Positions 39,037 to 47,892 of a DNA stretch of 64,000 nucleotides are shown here, piece by piece. Within the stretch, counting starts at the first letter, position 1. Each line of letters begins with the position of its first letter. Below the pieces are notes generated by a model. That model was not told the DNA's origin, ran no database searches, and was given only the letters and a program-made list of their open reading frames with translations. A program made the translations under genes and the position numbers. This DNA is from Minisyncoccota bacterium (GTDB taxonomy: Bacteria > Patescibacteriota > Minisyncoccia > Phycocordibacterales > JABAAK01): positions 184,585-248,584 of the forward strand of contig OZ244939.1 of NCBI GenBank assembly GCA_965222235.1. The letters are read 5' to 3'.

Positions 39037-39969
39037 TTAATCGTCCAGATACCGCATGGTCGAGAGGTAGCTTGAAATGATGCCGACGAGCACGCCGATG
39101 AGAATGAGGACAAGAATGAGGACGGGAAATTCGGAGGTATAGTAGTCAATGAGCCCCTTGCCGGCAAAGAACCGCTCCACCTGCGGAGACAGCAGCTCCG
39201 ATGCCGGATACAGCAGCATGACCGCGATAACAGAGCCGATCAGACCGTAAATACCGCCGGACACCAGGAACGGCATGCGGATGTACCAGTCCTCCGCACC
39301 GATGAGGCGCATGACCTGAATTTCTTCCCTGCTGAGATAAATAATGAGGCGGATGATGTTAAAGATAATGATGAACGATATGAGCGTCAGGAGTATAATA
39401 ATAAACCAGGAGAATGATTTGGTCGTGGTGATAACCGAATTCAGGCGCTGGATAATTTCCCGATTCTGATAGTAGTCATTCTTTTCAATGACGGTGGTGC
39501 GGTTCTCCGAAAAGATATCGTTTTCCGTCAGAAAGTCAGATATCCGCTTGTACACCACTTCGCTCGGCTCATGCGCGCGTATGGAAAGACGGGCGCGGAA
39601 CGGATTTTCATTAAGAATGTCCAGACCCTTAAGAATATCAATATCGTTCTCATGCCGCTTCCGGTACTCCTCAAGCGCGGTGAGCTGGGAGACATAGGTG
39701 ACCTCACGGACATATGACAGCTTCTTGATGTGGTCCCGGAATTCAAAAATCTGATCTTCCGATGTGCCGGGAACGAAGTACACCGTCATGTCCGCTTTGT
39801 TGCCGAGCTCCTCAACGACACCGCCCATTACCTGCACAAAGAGAAGAGAGAAACCGACAATGAAGAGAGTCACCGTCATGACAAGTATGACTGAGAACGA
39901 CACAAACGAATTGCGAACGACATTCACCAACCCTAAATAGAATACTCTTTTTATCTGCGAATAGGTCAT
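39037..39969 (-). CDS. ftsX: Cell division permease FtsX
   Basis: NIIRLIIY.SREEIQVMRLIGA..WYIRMPF; 4 TM; follows ftsE. Confidence 0.92.
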   Translation of the reverse strand: MTYSQIKRVFYLGLVNVVRNSFVSFSVILVMTVTLFIVGFSLLFVQVMGGVVEELGNKADMTVYFVPGTSEDQIFEFRDHIKKLSYVREVTYVSQLTALEEYRKRHENDIDILKGLDILNENPFRARLSIRAHEPSEVVYKRISDFLTENDIFSENRTTVIEKNDYYQNREIIQRLNSVITTTKSFSWFIIILLTLISFIIIFNIIRLIIYLSREEIQVMRLIGAEDWYIRMPFLVSGGIYGLIGSVIAVMLLYPASELLSPQVERFFAGKGLIDYYTSEFPVLILVLILIGVLVGIISSYLSTMRYLDD

Positions 39970-39971
39970 AA

Positions 39972-40655
39972 TTATAGAATATACTTCCCCCCAGTATCGT
40001 CAAGGGCAATCTCACCGTTTGCAAGCGTGATAACCCGGCCTTTCACCTTTTCAACAACGGACCGGTCGTGCGTTGTGAGCAGGACCGTGGTGCCCAGCTT
40101 GTTAATCTGTTTGAGAATACTGACGACCTCGTGGGCGTTCACCGGATCCAGATTGCCGACCGGCTCATCCGCCAGCAGCAGCTCCGGCTGATGTACTATA
40201 GCGCGGGCAATCGCCACCCGTTGCTGCTCACCGCCGGAGAGTTCGGCGGGAAACGACCAGACCTTATGCTGTAGATCAACCAGTTCAAGTGCGTACGGCA
40301 CATCGCTTTCAATCTGCTCCTCATCGTAACCGAGCGCCTCCATGGTGAACGCGATATTTTCGTAAACCGTTTTCCGGGACAGCAGACGGAAACTCTGAAA
40401 GATAACACCGGTCTTTCTCCGGTGTTCAAGCAAATCGTCCTCCGACATCTCAGCGACATCAAGACTGCCACGACAGACGGCACCGCTGTACAGATATTCC
40501 TCGCCGAGGATAACCTTGAACAACGTGCTTTTTCCTGACCCGGAATGACCGATAAAGGTGACAAAGTCACCGTAGCCGACATCAAAAGACACATTTTGCA
40601 GTGCAATTGTGTCGCCGTAATATTTGGTCGCATCTTTGAAAGAAATGATATCCAT
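39972..40655 (-). CDS. ftsE: Cell division ATP-binding protein FtsE
   Basis: GHSGSGKST, LSGGEQQRVAIARA, LLADEP.GNLDP; between prfB and ftsX. Confidence 0.92.
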   Translation of the reverse strand: MDIISFKDATKYYGDTIALQNVSFDVGYGDFVTFIGHSGSGKSTLFKVILGEEYLYSGAVCRGSLDVAEMSEDDLLEHRRKTGVIFQSFRLLSRKTVYENIAFTMEALGYDEEQIESDVPYALELVDLQHKVWSFPAELSGGEQQRVAIARAIVHQPELLLADEPVGNLDPVNAHEVVSILKQINKLGTTVLLTTHDRSVVEKVKGRVITLANGEIALDDTGGKYIL

Positions 40656-40698
40656 CGGTACCGCCAGTGTAGCACATACAATCGGGGGTAGTGGACAA

Positions 40699-41562
40699 TT
40701 ACCCGTCGTATCCCCGGAGCGCCTCAATGAAGCCGTCAATCGCACCGTCAAACACACTGTCCGGATCCCGTTCCTCATAGTCAACCCGCATATCTTTCAC
40801 CAATTTATACGGATGCAACACATACGAACGGATCTGATTGCCCCATTCAATACTTGTCTGTTTATCAAATGAAAGATCCTGCAGCTGCTGCACCCGTTTC
40901 CGCTGCATGAGGGAAAAAAGTTTTCCGCGGAGAATCTCAAGTGCCGCTTCCCGGTTCTGCGCCTGTGACCGTTCCTGCTCAACACGGACAATGATTCCCG
41001 AGGGAACATGTTTGATGCGCACCGCCGTCTCCCGCTTGTTCACATTCTGTCCGCCGGGTCCGCCGGCATTGGTAAACGACACCTCCAGATCGCTTTCCGG
41101 AATGTCCACCCTGCTGACCGGCGGCAATTTCGGAACAACATCCACCAATGCAAACGAGGTGTGCCGCTGCTGCTTTGCGTTGAACGGCGAAATACGCACC
41201 AGGCGGTGCACGCCGGTCTCGCGGCGCAGCAGCTCATACGCCCGCCTGTCGGCGATTTCAATCGTAATATTTTTATACCCCCCGTGCTCGTTCTCATGCT
41301 TCTCCACCTCATATACCGGAAATCCTTTCTGTTCGGCGTACCGGCGGTACATAGTCGCGAGCATGCCGGCGAAATCTTCCGCATCATCACCGCCACTGCC
41401 GGCGATGACCTGCACGACCGCGGGGAATGACGATGCGACGCCGTCCGAGGCCTTAAGCTCGCTGTATTCCTGCACGATATCCTGCGCCTGTTCCTTGTTA
41501 TCCCAGAATCCCGGCGACGCCATAATCGCTTCAAGCTCCTTTTTTCTTTCTTCAGTATCCAT
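40699..41562 (-). CDS. prfB: Peptide chain release factor 2, shortened form
   Basis: GVHRLVRISPF (SPF), GPGGQNVN (GGQ), WGNQIRSYVLHPY. Confidence 0.93.
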   Translation of the reverse strand: MDTEERKKELEAIMASPGFWDNKEQAQDIVQEYSELKASDGVASSFPAVVQVIAGSGGDDAEDFAGMLATMYRRYAEQKGFPVYEVEKHENEHGGYKNITIEIADRRAYELLRRETGVHRLVRISPFNAKQQRHTSFALVDVVPKLPPVSRVDIPESDLEVSFTNAGGPGGQNVNKRETAVRIKHVPSGIIVRVEQERSQAQNREAALEILRGKLFSLMQRKRVQQLQDLSFDKQTSIEWGNQIRSYVLHPYKLVKDMRVDYEERDPDSVFDGAIDGFIEALRGYDG

Positions 41563-41563
41563 G

Positions 41564-41636
41564 AGCCACCTGTCGGATTCGAACCGACGACCTACGCGTT
41601 ACGAGTGCGTTGCTCTACCGACTGAGCTAAGGTGGC
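41564..41636 (-). tRNA. tRNA-Thr(CGT)
   Basis: GCCACCT/AGGTGGC acceptor stem, D arm, CT-CGT-AA loop, TTCGAAT T loop; CCA not encoded. Confidence 0.95.
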
Positions 41637-41690
41637 GTAGTACTGGTGTATAGTAGCATGCGGAATAATATACTACACTATATATATTCA

Positions 41691-41761
41691 GCGGGTATAG
41701 TTCAGTGGCAGAACGTAGCCTTCCCAAGGCTAAAACGAGGGTTCAATTCCCTCTACCCGCA
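41691..41761 (+). tRNA. tRNA-Gly(CCC)
   Basis: GCGGGTA/TACCCGC acceptor stem, TAGCC-TTCCCAA-GGCTA anticodon arm, TTCAATT T loop. Confidence 0.95.
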
Positions 41762-41861
41762 CTTAAGTGTAAAAGAAGGATGGTACCCAGTTCCCCATTG
41801 ATGCCCCGAACTATAGACGGAGTGCTTATATTGCATTGTTATGCCTAATCATCAACAGGAC

Positions 41862-44138
41862 CTATTTTTGACCGGTTGAAATTATTTTATCCAGAATTTC
41901 AATCTCTCGCCGCATACTACTATCTCCAATACTATCAATTTCATCAGCAAGATACTCTCTCAACGTGGTCATGATTGAGCGGTATTCGTCTGATAATGCG
42001 AGACGATTGGATGTTCGTTCCCACCTGCCCAGTTCGGTAATAACCTCGATAACCGGTATACCTTCCTCACGGTAGCGAATGATCGGGATTTCTATTTGTG
42101 CTTCCGGAGCAAGCTCCGCTTCGTGCACAATCCAATCCTTCATTACATTCACATACCGTGACAAAACCACCCCTTTGTGAATGCCGGAGTTTGCGAAATA
42201 TTCCTCGTCGTCAGCACTGTCAAATTGAATATCTTGTTCATTTGTAAACTCTTCTCCCGAACGATTTTCATAGCTGACTCCGAGCTTCAGTTTTGCATCG
42301 TTGGTTAGCTTGCTGAGATGGAGGAGCACCAACCCACCTCTTGTTTCCTCGTTTATTCGTTCTGACGGGAAGAGGGTGCTCACTTTCATGAGTTCGCCGG
42401 TTGACAAATCTGCTTCGGGAGAGCCGTATACAGCATGAATGTCATACCCTTCTGATTCTAGGTTCAGTGTCAGGTCAAATACCAATGGAGTAACCATGTA
42501 GTCAAATCCGTCATCCATACGGTCTGTAAAGCCCTTTGCTGAGTGTACAGAGTAATAGTTTGCCCCTTTGGTCTTGGTGATTTCATTAATAAGTTCAGTA
42601 TTGAAATCAACACCTATACCAATAAAAGTGGTGTAAATGCCGTCATCAGCATTTTGCTTTGTAAGTCCAAATAAACCTTCCTCGCTGATTTGGCCCGTAT
42701 TAGGCATGGCATCAGTCAAAAAGATAATCCGGTTTTCATACTCGCTCCGATCCGAATCCTTAAATCTCTGGAAAAGTGCGGTGCCGGCCTGATACCCCGC
42801 TTCCATGTAGGTGCCGCCCGTCGGTATTATCTCAAGAATGTGGCTTTTGATTGCGTTCATATCAGTGCTTTCAACGCTGCGAAGACCCTTCGCGACATAG
42901 GCGCTACTCTCAAACAGAACCATTGCAAATCTATCTTTCAATTCAAGATGATCTAAAAGAGTTACAACCGATTCATTGGCGATTTTCATTTTTGACCGAT
43001 TATCAAACTCTTCCGCTGTACCAACGACATTCTCATGGTCTGTTCTGAATCGGTCATAGTAATAGCGATTAAACGATGAACCCATTGAACCAGATATATC
43101 AAGTACCACCACCAGGTTGAGCTTTTTTCGCCTAAAGTCATCCTGCCTGATGTCGGAGTTCAGACCGACCGATAAGAAGTGCTCCGTACTGCCGGAGAAC
43201 GGATCTCTTGAGACCGCGGTAGTGTATGAAGGACAAAATAAGTCAGTGCATGCCGCCTGAAGACCGGTATCAAATGTGTAGTCATAGAAGATACCTTCGT
43301 GAGTGATATCAGTTGGCACCGGAAGGTACCCATTGTTGATGTTTTCACGGAAGTTGTTTATATCGTTTGCTCCGCCCACCGCCAAACCGATTGTGTCAGA
43401 TTGGCTAAGCTTGACCGCCTGAAAAGAAAGACTGTCCAACGTAGCGTGCTGCACAAAACGAGATACGCCTTGCGCCATGAACTGAGTAACCATCCAAACA
43501 ACTAACAGCGGAACAAGCAATAAAATGTAGTAAAGGGAGAACAAAAACTTATTTCTGCCTGTTCGTCTGGTTATATCGTCCCCGCGATTACGAATCCAGT
43601 TGTATATGCCGCCGAAGAACAGGCATGCTATAAGCAGCAGAAAGGCAATGCCGATAGCACCGAATATCCAGAGCACAAGCGCTTCATTATTCTCAAAAAA
43701 AGCGAGCAAACTTCCGTGCAGGTTAAAAGCAAAAACCACCAAAACGACATAGAGCAGGACAACAAAACAAACAGCCGGCGCGCCCAACCAAAGGCGATGC
43801 TTTTTCCATACAGAGCTGCTATATTCACTTCGTGTCTTATCTGACCCACGCTTATGCTCTTTTGATATGAGTCCTTGGGAGAATTTGTATAACGGGAACC
43901 CAATGTAGGCAACAAAAAGAACTGCAAGTAAAACAACAATGATTTTGCCACCCAGTCCCGATTCTGCCCAAGATGTGGTTAAGCCCGATATGAGCGAAAA
44001 GCCTCCGTCATACATCCAATCGTCTACTTTACTGACACCAAAATCGTTGAATATATTTCTTATGACTGAAATAATTGATGGCAGCAATGGAATTGCTAAA
44101 AAAATACCCAGTGTTGTCCAAAAAGTTTGCTTTTTCAT
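41862..44138 (-). CDS. Multi-TM membrane protein with C-terminal vWA domain
   Basis: About 5 N-terminal hydrophobic helices; LNLVVVLDISGSM MIDAS, GGT, IIFLTDAMPNTG, IGIGVDFN. Confidence 0.85.
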   Translation of the reverse strand: MKKQTFWTTLGIFLAIPLLPSIISVIRNIFNDFGVSKVDDWMYDGGFSLISGLTTSWAESGLGGKIIVVLLAVLFVAYIGFPLYKFSQGLISKEHKRGSDKTRSEYSSSVWKKHRLWLGAPAVCFVVLLYVVLVVFAFNLHGSLLAFFENNEALVLWIFGAIGIAFLLLIACLFFGGIYNWIRNRGDDITRRTGRNKFLFSLYYILLLVPLLVVWMVTQFMAQGVSRFVQHATLDSLSFQAVKLSQSDTIGLAVGGANDINNFRENINNGYLPVPTDITHEGIFYDYTFDTGLQAACTDLFCPSYTTAVSRDPFSGSTEHFLSVGLNSDIRQDDFRRKKLNLVVVLDISGSMGSSFNRYYYDRFRTDHENVVGTAEEFDNRSKMKIANESVVTLLDHLELKDRFAMVLFESSAYVAKGLRSVESTDMNAIKSHILEIIPTGGTYMEAGYQAGTALFQRFKDSDRSEYENRIIFLTDAMPNTGQISEEGLFGLTKQNADDGIYTTFIGIGVDFNTELINEITKTKGANYYSVHSAKGFTDRMDDGFDYMVTPLVFDLTLNLESEGYDIHAVYGSPEADLSTGELMKVSTLFPSERINEETRGGLVLLHLSKLTNDAKLKLGVSYENRSGEEFTNEQDIQFDSADDEEYFANSGIHKGVVLSRYVNVMKDWIVHEAELAPEAQIEIPIIRYREEGIPVIEVITELGRWERTSNRLALSDEYRSIMTTLREYLADEIDSIGDSSMRREIEILDKIISTGQK

Positions 44139-44346
44139 GATCACATTGTGCCAAGAAAATCGGCATTTATACTACATTTTTATAATACCACCATCTTCCA
44201 ACTACGACTAAAAGAATCCACACAATGTAAAATAGCTGTATATGCTGCGGATTCCCGAGTCAAATTCCTACCGTATGAAAACGCTGCCGGCTGCCACAAC
44301 ACAAGTACGGAAACAAGACATACCGCCAACATGCTATACTGCCAGT

Positions 44347-44511
44347 ATGAAAAAAGATAATGAACATAAAGTACACGACGTACAAAAAAAGGTTCCTATC
44401 CTTAAAGCGCATGAGGTGCGCGACAAGTTCACTGATAAAGAATTTGAAGTGTTTGCTAAAGATATTCGGGATCGTTTCTTACCTGCGTTTAAAAAACTCG
44501 CTAAAGAATAG
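44347..44511 (+). CDS. Putative antitoxin of Doc-type toxin (54 aa)
   Basis: Small ORF 3 nt upstream of the Fic/Doc gene; C-terminal helix DRFLPAFKKLAKE; TGCTATACT box 6 nt upstream. Confidence 0.65.
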   Translation: MKKDNEHKVHDVQKKVPILKAHEVRDKFTDKEFEVFAKDIRDRFLPAFKKLAKE

Positions 44512-44514
44512 TGT

Positions 44515-45006
44515 ATGGATTTTACCTATCCGCCGAAAGATGAGATGAGGGTGCGTATTGAAAAAATCAAAAATCTCTGCGAAAAAGAAAAAGATTCTTT
44601 CCTTGCAAGGATGTTCGCTTCACCCGACCCGCATGATAAGACAGTGGTGTTTGACTACATTGACGATGAATGGATAGACACGGTACACGGAAAGATTCAG
44701 TCGGTCGCTGAAAGCAGTATGTATAACGGTGACGGTACCGTTGAGCACCGAATCGCCTATATCTGCGTTGACATTAACACAGCGCATCGTTTCGGCAACG
44801 GTAACAAACGTTCAAGCCTGTTGACCTTACTTTTACTCCTCATCTACAACGATATGTGGGAGCGAATTCGCATGACAAATGATACAGACATCTACAACCT
44901 CGCCAAAAAGATCGCACGGGAGGGCTCAGCGGGGAGAGATAACAATATCATTGCTCTTCGTGAATGTCTCAAACACGGCAACTTTAAAAAATGTACCGAG
45001 ATTTAA
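44515..45006 (+). CDS. Fic/Doc-family toxin
   Basis: HRFGNGNKRSS Fic motif with Doc-type NKR. Confidence 0.82.
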   Translation: MDFTYPPKDEMRVRIEKIKNLCEKEKDSFLARMFASPDPHDKTVVFDYIDDEWIDTVHGKIQSVAESSMYNGDGTVEHRIAYICVDINTAHRFGNGNKRSSLLTLLLLLIYNDMWERIRMTNDTDIYNLAKKIAREGSAGRDNNIIALRECLKHGNFKKCTEI

Positions 45007-45176
45007 TTCAATTTAAATAATCACATACCTAGCTCTACGGGTACAACGAGTCATGGACTTTGAGATTACCGAGATGTACGCGTGTCGTGTCTGTGACTAC
45101 TCTGTCTGCGTATGTAGTGTCTCATATCCCGCCGAACGCTGTGTCTGCCACGCCACAGAGCATCCTTGTTTTTTAC

Positions 45177-45644
45177 TCATCTTCCGGTGTAGGGGCGCAT
45201 TATACCGTTGTCTTCATTGATCCAGAATCTCTTGCCGGCATTCGGACCAGTGAAGTATATTCTACCGCACTCGCACTGCTCTCCCGTCTTATCCGGCTTG
45301 CAGATTCCGAATCTATCGTAGCGATAATTGTTTTCATCGTAAAGTACTGATGCAACCGACGGAATGATCGGACACACCAGCGGTTGTTTTGATGGGGCGG
45401 ATGTTTTCTCAGCTGAGATGTTTTTGAGCGCTTCCGTTACTTCCTGAAACCCCCGGTCAATTTGCTCCAGAATTTCTTCTATTGCTTTGTTGTCTTCATA
45501 CCGGGAAAATGTCTCAACAGGATTAATCGCACCGGTGCTACGCAATAGCGGGCTGTACGAGCCGGTTACAAAGCCGAGTATGAACAGCGCAAGCCCAACA
45601 ACCAACATACTGCAGATAATTTTGTGTTTTTGGCTCATATGCAC
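45177..45644 (-). CDS. Membrane-anchored hypothetical protein
   Basis: N-terminal TM, coiled coil, Cys-containing C-terminal domain. Confidence 0.65.
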   Translation of the reverse strand: MHMSQKHKIICSMLVVGLALFILGFVTGSYSPLLRSTGAINPVETFSRYEDNKAIEEILEQIDRGFQEVTEALKNISAEKTSAPSKQPLVCPIIPSVASVLYDENNYRYDRFGICKPDKTGEQCECGRIYFTGPNAGKRFWINEDNGIMRPYTGR

Positions 45645-45679
45645 CCATCATTATACTTTATATGTCATTAAGTTTCAGA

Positions 45680-46407
45680 TTGAATTCGCACCTGAAGTGC
45701 AACAAAAAGAAAAAACACATACGCCCGCTTGGTACTATGGATATGTTACTAACCATAACCAAACAGGCGTATGTACACTCATAGTACCATTACTAAGTGG
45801 TATACACCACCAGAGAATCTATGACCGGGTAAGAAGAGAGCGACCGGATCTCAAAGACAGGTTGCCGAGAAAAGGAAGGAAGAAAAGAAAGAAAACAGGA
45901 AAGAGGACAGTATGGGTCAGTACAACACGGTCAATACACAACAGACCGGAGACAGACGGGCTCTCCCGGGAGGGAGACACACTGGTGGGGCCGACAAAGA
46001 CAAGAATACTCACCCATGTGGAGAGGAAAAGCTTGTATCTTGATGCCAGAGTCATACGAGACGGTTTGTCCTACACCGTACATGAGACACTGCAAAAGAG
46101 ACCGCTGCAGGGACAAATCACCTATGACTGCGGTTCTGAATTCACCCTATGGAAATGGATAGAAGAGGATACGGGAGCGACTGTCTACTTTTGTGATCCT
46201 CATTCCCCGGGACAGCGGGGCAAGAATGAGAACACTACCGGCAGGCTCAGACGAGTCTACCCCAAGAACACTGATCTCAGCACGATAGCACAACAGAATC
46301 TCAACAATATTGTCCACCTCATGAACAACACCCCGAGGAAGTCCCTTAACTGGAAAACTCCCGCTCAGGTGTATACTGCACTTGTTGCATCTCAGTCGAG
46401 AGTCTAA
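45680..46407 (+). mobile_element. Internally deleted IS30-family element (728 bp)
   Basis: Imperfect 26-bp IRs at 45680-45705 and 46382-46407 (18/26 match, shared TGCAACAA). Confidence 0.75.
45800..46407 (+). pseudogene. Truncated IS30 transposase (DDE core only)
   Basis: EGDT, TYDCGSEF, YFCDPHSPGQRGKNEN, NNTPRKSLNWKTP; no N-terminal HTH or in-frame ATG inside the element; start approximate. Confidence 0.8.
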
Positions 46408-46505
46408 TAAACGCAAAGGAAAACACATATCAGGAAAATATACAGCAAAATCAAGAAAAAGGAGGGCATTTCATTATTTCAACAAATTATCCGGAATATG
46501 ATGCT

Positions 46506-46602
46506 TTTTCCCACAATGTTTGTGTTACAATGCAATACATATGAAGGAGGGAAAAGAGTACATCCCGAGGTCGCAGGAACCAAAACCTTTCATGGAAGGA
46601 GC
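46506..46602 (+). repeat. 97-bp direct repeat, left copy
   Basis: Identical by eye to 57499-57595; contains TGTTACAAT box and a truncated gene start at 46541. Confidence 0.95.
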
Positions 46603-46739
46603 AAGGAAGAGGGAGGCGAAGTGGTGAGGGGAGAGCGAGGGCGAAGCGAAGCACAGCCCGAACTGACCCGAGCCCTGAGGCGATCGATGACGAAGTGAAC
46701 TCGCGAAGCAAAAGGACGGAAGGGGGAATACTGTACCTG

Positions 46740-46918
46740 CCGCGCCTTTCACCGACGACATTTTCTTTTTCCTTTGCCCCGTCGTGCGAGACGCAGTTCT
46801 GTCAAAGACATGATGACTGTCCACTCTCCATACCGTACCGGTACCTGGCTGTCTCGAGCACGCGGGGTGCGGGGTGCGGTTGAATTGCAAAAGAAAATGA
46901 CGACGGTGATTGGCGCGG
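46740..46918. other. Long nested inverted repeat (structured DNA/RNA)
   Basis: 46740-46769 pairs with 46889-46918 at 26/30 positions; inner stem about 46777-46792 with 46851-46867. Confidence 0.8.
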
Positions 46919-47247
46919 GGAGCGGCGCGGAACACTTTGCGCGTTGCGAGCTTGCGAGTGGCGCTCCTTTGTTGGTTAAAGTGTTTACTGTGCGTACGGA
47001 GCGTATGGTTTGGTTTGGAGCTATGGGGCGAGTGGAGCGTGCGAGTTGGGAGTGTTTAAATTACACTGTTTCCGGAGTTCGTGGACAATGTAGGTTACTG
47101 TACTTTTGGGTAGTGTTTTGGAACTCTCTGAAGTTTGAGCACAATCTCCTAAACGGCACTTAGAGGTAAAAGATAGCACTATGCGATTGTTTATTCAGCT
47201 CTGCTGATCCTACTCGGCATAGTATATATTTTCTTTTAAAAACCTTT

Positions 47248-47892
47248 TCAATCCCATGGTATTTTATTTTCGTTTTCATCTACCGGGTAGTAATCTAAGA
47301 TAACACCATTTCTAAGAAAAGGAGATAGGGGCAGGTGATGGAAGTAGTACCTTTGACCTTCTTTGGGTCTGTGAGGTTGAAGGAATAAGTAGGTGTTTAG
47401 ACTGTTTTTTGCGCGTGCACTCCCACCGATATTAAATTCCGGATCCGCGATATTTATATGAGTACTCCAACCGAATGCACCCTGATTATAACTTTCAACT
47501 GTGTATATCTTTTTAATAGAAACATCCCCATAGATTAAAGAGATCATAGTATATTTTATGGCGGGGAATAAATAAAATAATAGGAAGATTCCTACAAAAA
47601 ACCCCATAAAATGGAGTGTGACTGCCATCTTGTTTGGTTTTCTGCGGGGAGAGATAAAATTGTACAACCCCTTTTTATTTCTTTTGTACAAAAAATAGTC
47701 TGTTTTGTACATTTCAAATAGAAGTAAAAGGGACACTGCACTGTAGAAGGAAAAATAAAAAATCCAGCTTGCCAACCATTCCGGTAGAAAAAATTGTGAT
47801 ATGGAAATAGTCACAAAAAAAACAGTACCGGTATATTTATAAATAGGATTTCCCTTGAAAAATTTAATGATTTTCTTTAGAATGTTCTTCAT
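47248..47892 (-). CDS. Putative immunity protein A (about 3 TM plus C-terminal domain)
   Basis: ATGA overlap with orphan RHS stop; 214-aa paralog of 49369-50013; AT-rich. Confidence 0.7.
   Translation of the reverse strand: MKNILKKIIKFFKGNPIYKYTGTVFFVTISISQFFLPEWLASWIFYFSFYSAVSLLLLFEMYKTDYFLYKRNKKGLYNFISPRRKPNKMAVTLHFMGFFVGIFLLFYLFPAIKYTMISLIYGDVSIKKIYTVESYNQGAFGWSTHINIADPEFNIGGSARAKNSLNTYLFLQPHRPKEGQRYYFHHLPLSPFLRNGVILDYYPVDENENKIPWD

Noticed and set aside
41563-41690. Upstream frameshifted first exon of prfB
   Set aside because: The space is occupied by tRNA-Thr and has no CTTTGA slippery site
45007-45176. Intergenic stretch with TGTC-rich micro-repeats
   Set aside because: No consistent period, hairpin or credible ORF that I could support
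45487-45799. N-terminal part of the 306-aa ORF-track transposase
   Set aside because: Starts outside the IS left end and overlaps the opposite-strand gene; fortuitous open frame
46603-47247. Group II intron, CRISPR array or protein-coding gene (ORFs 46525-46935, 46774-47163)
   Set aside because: No domain V consensus, no regularly spaced repeats, and the ORFs have low-complexity composition with no motif or start signal
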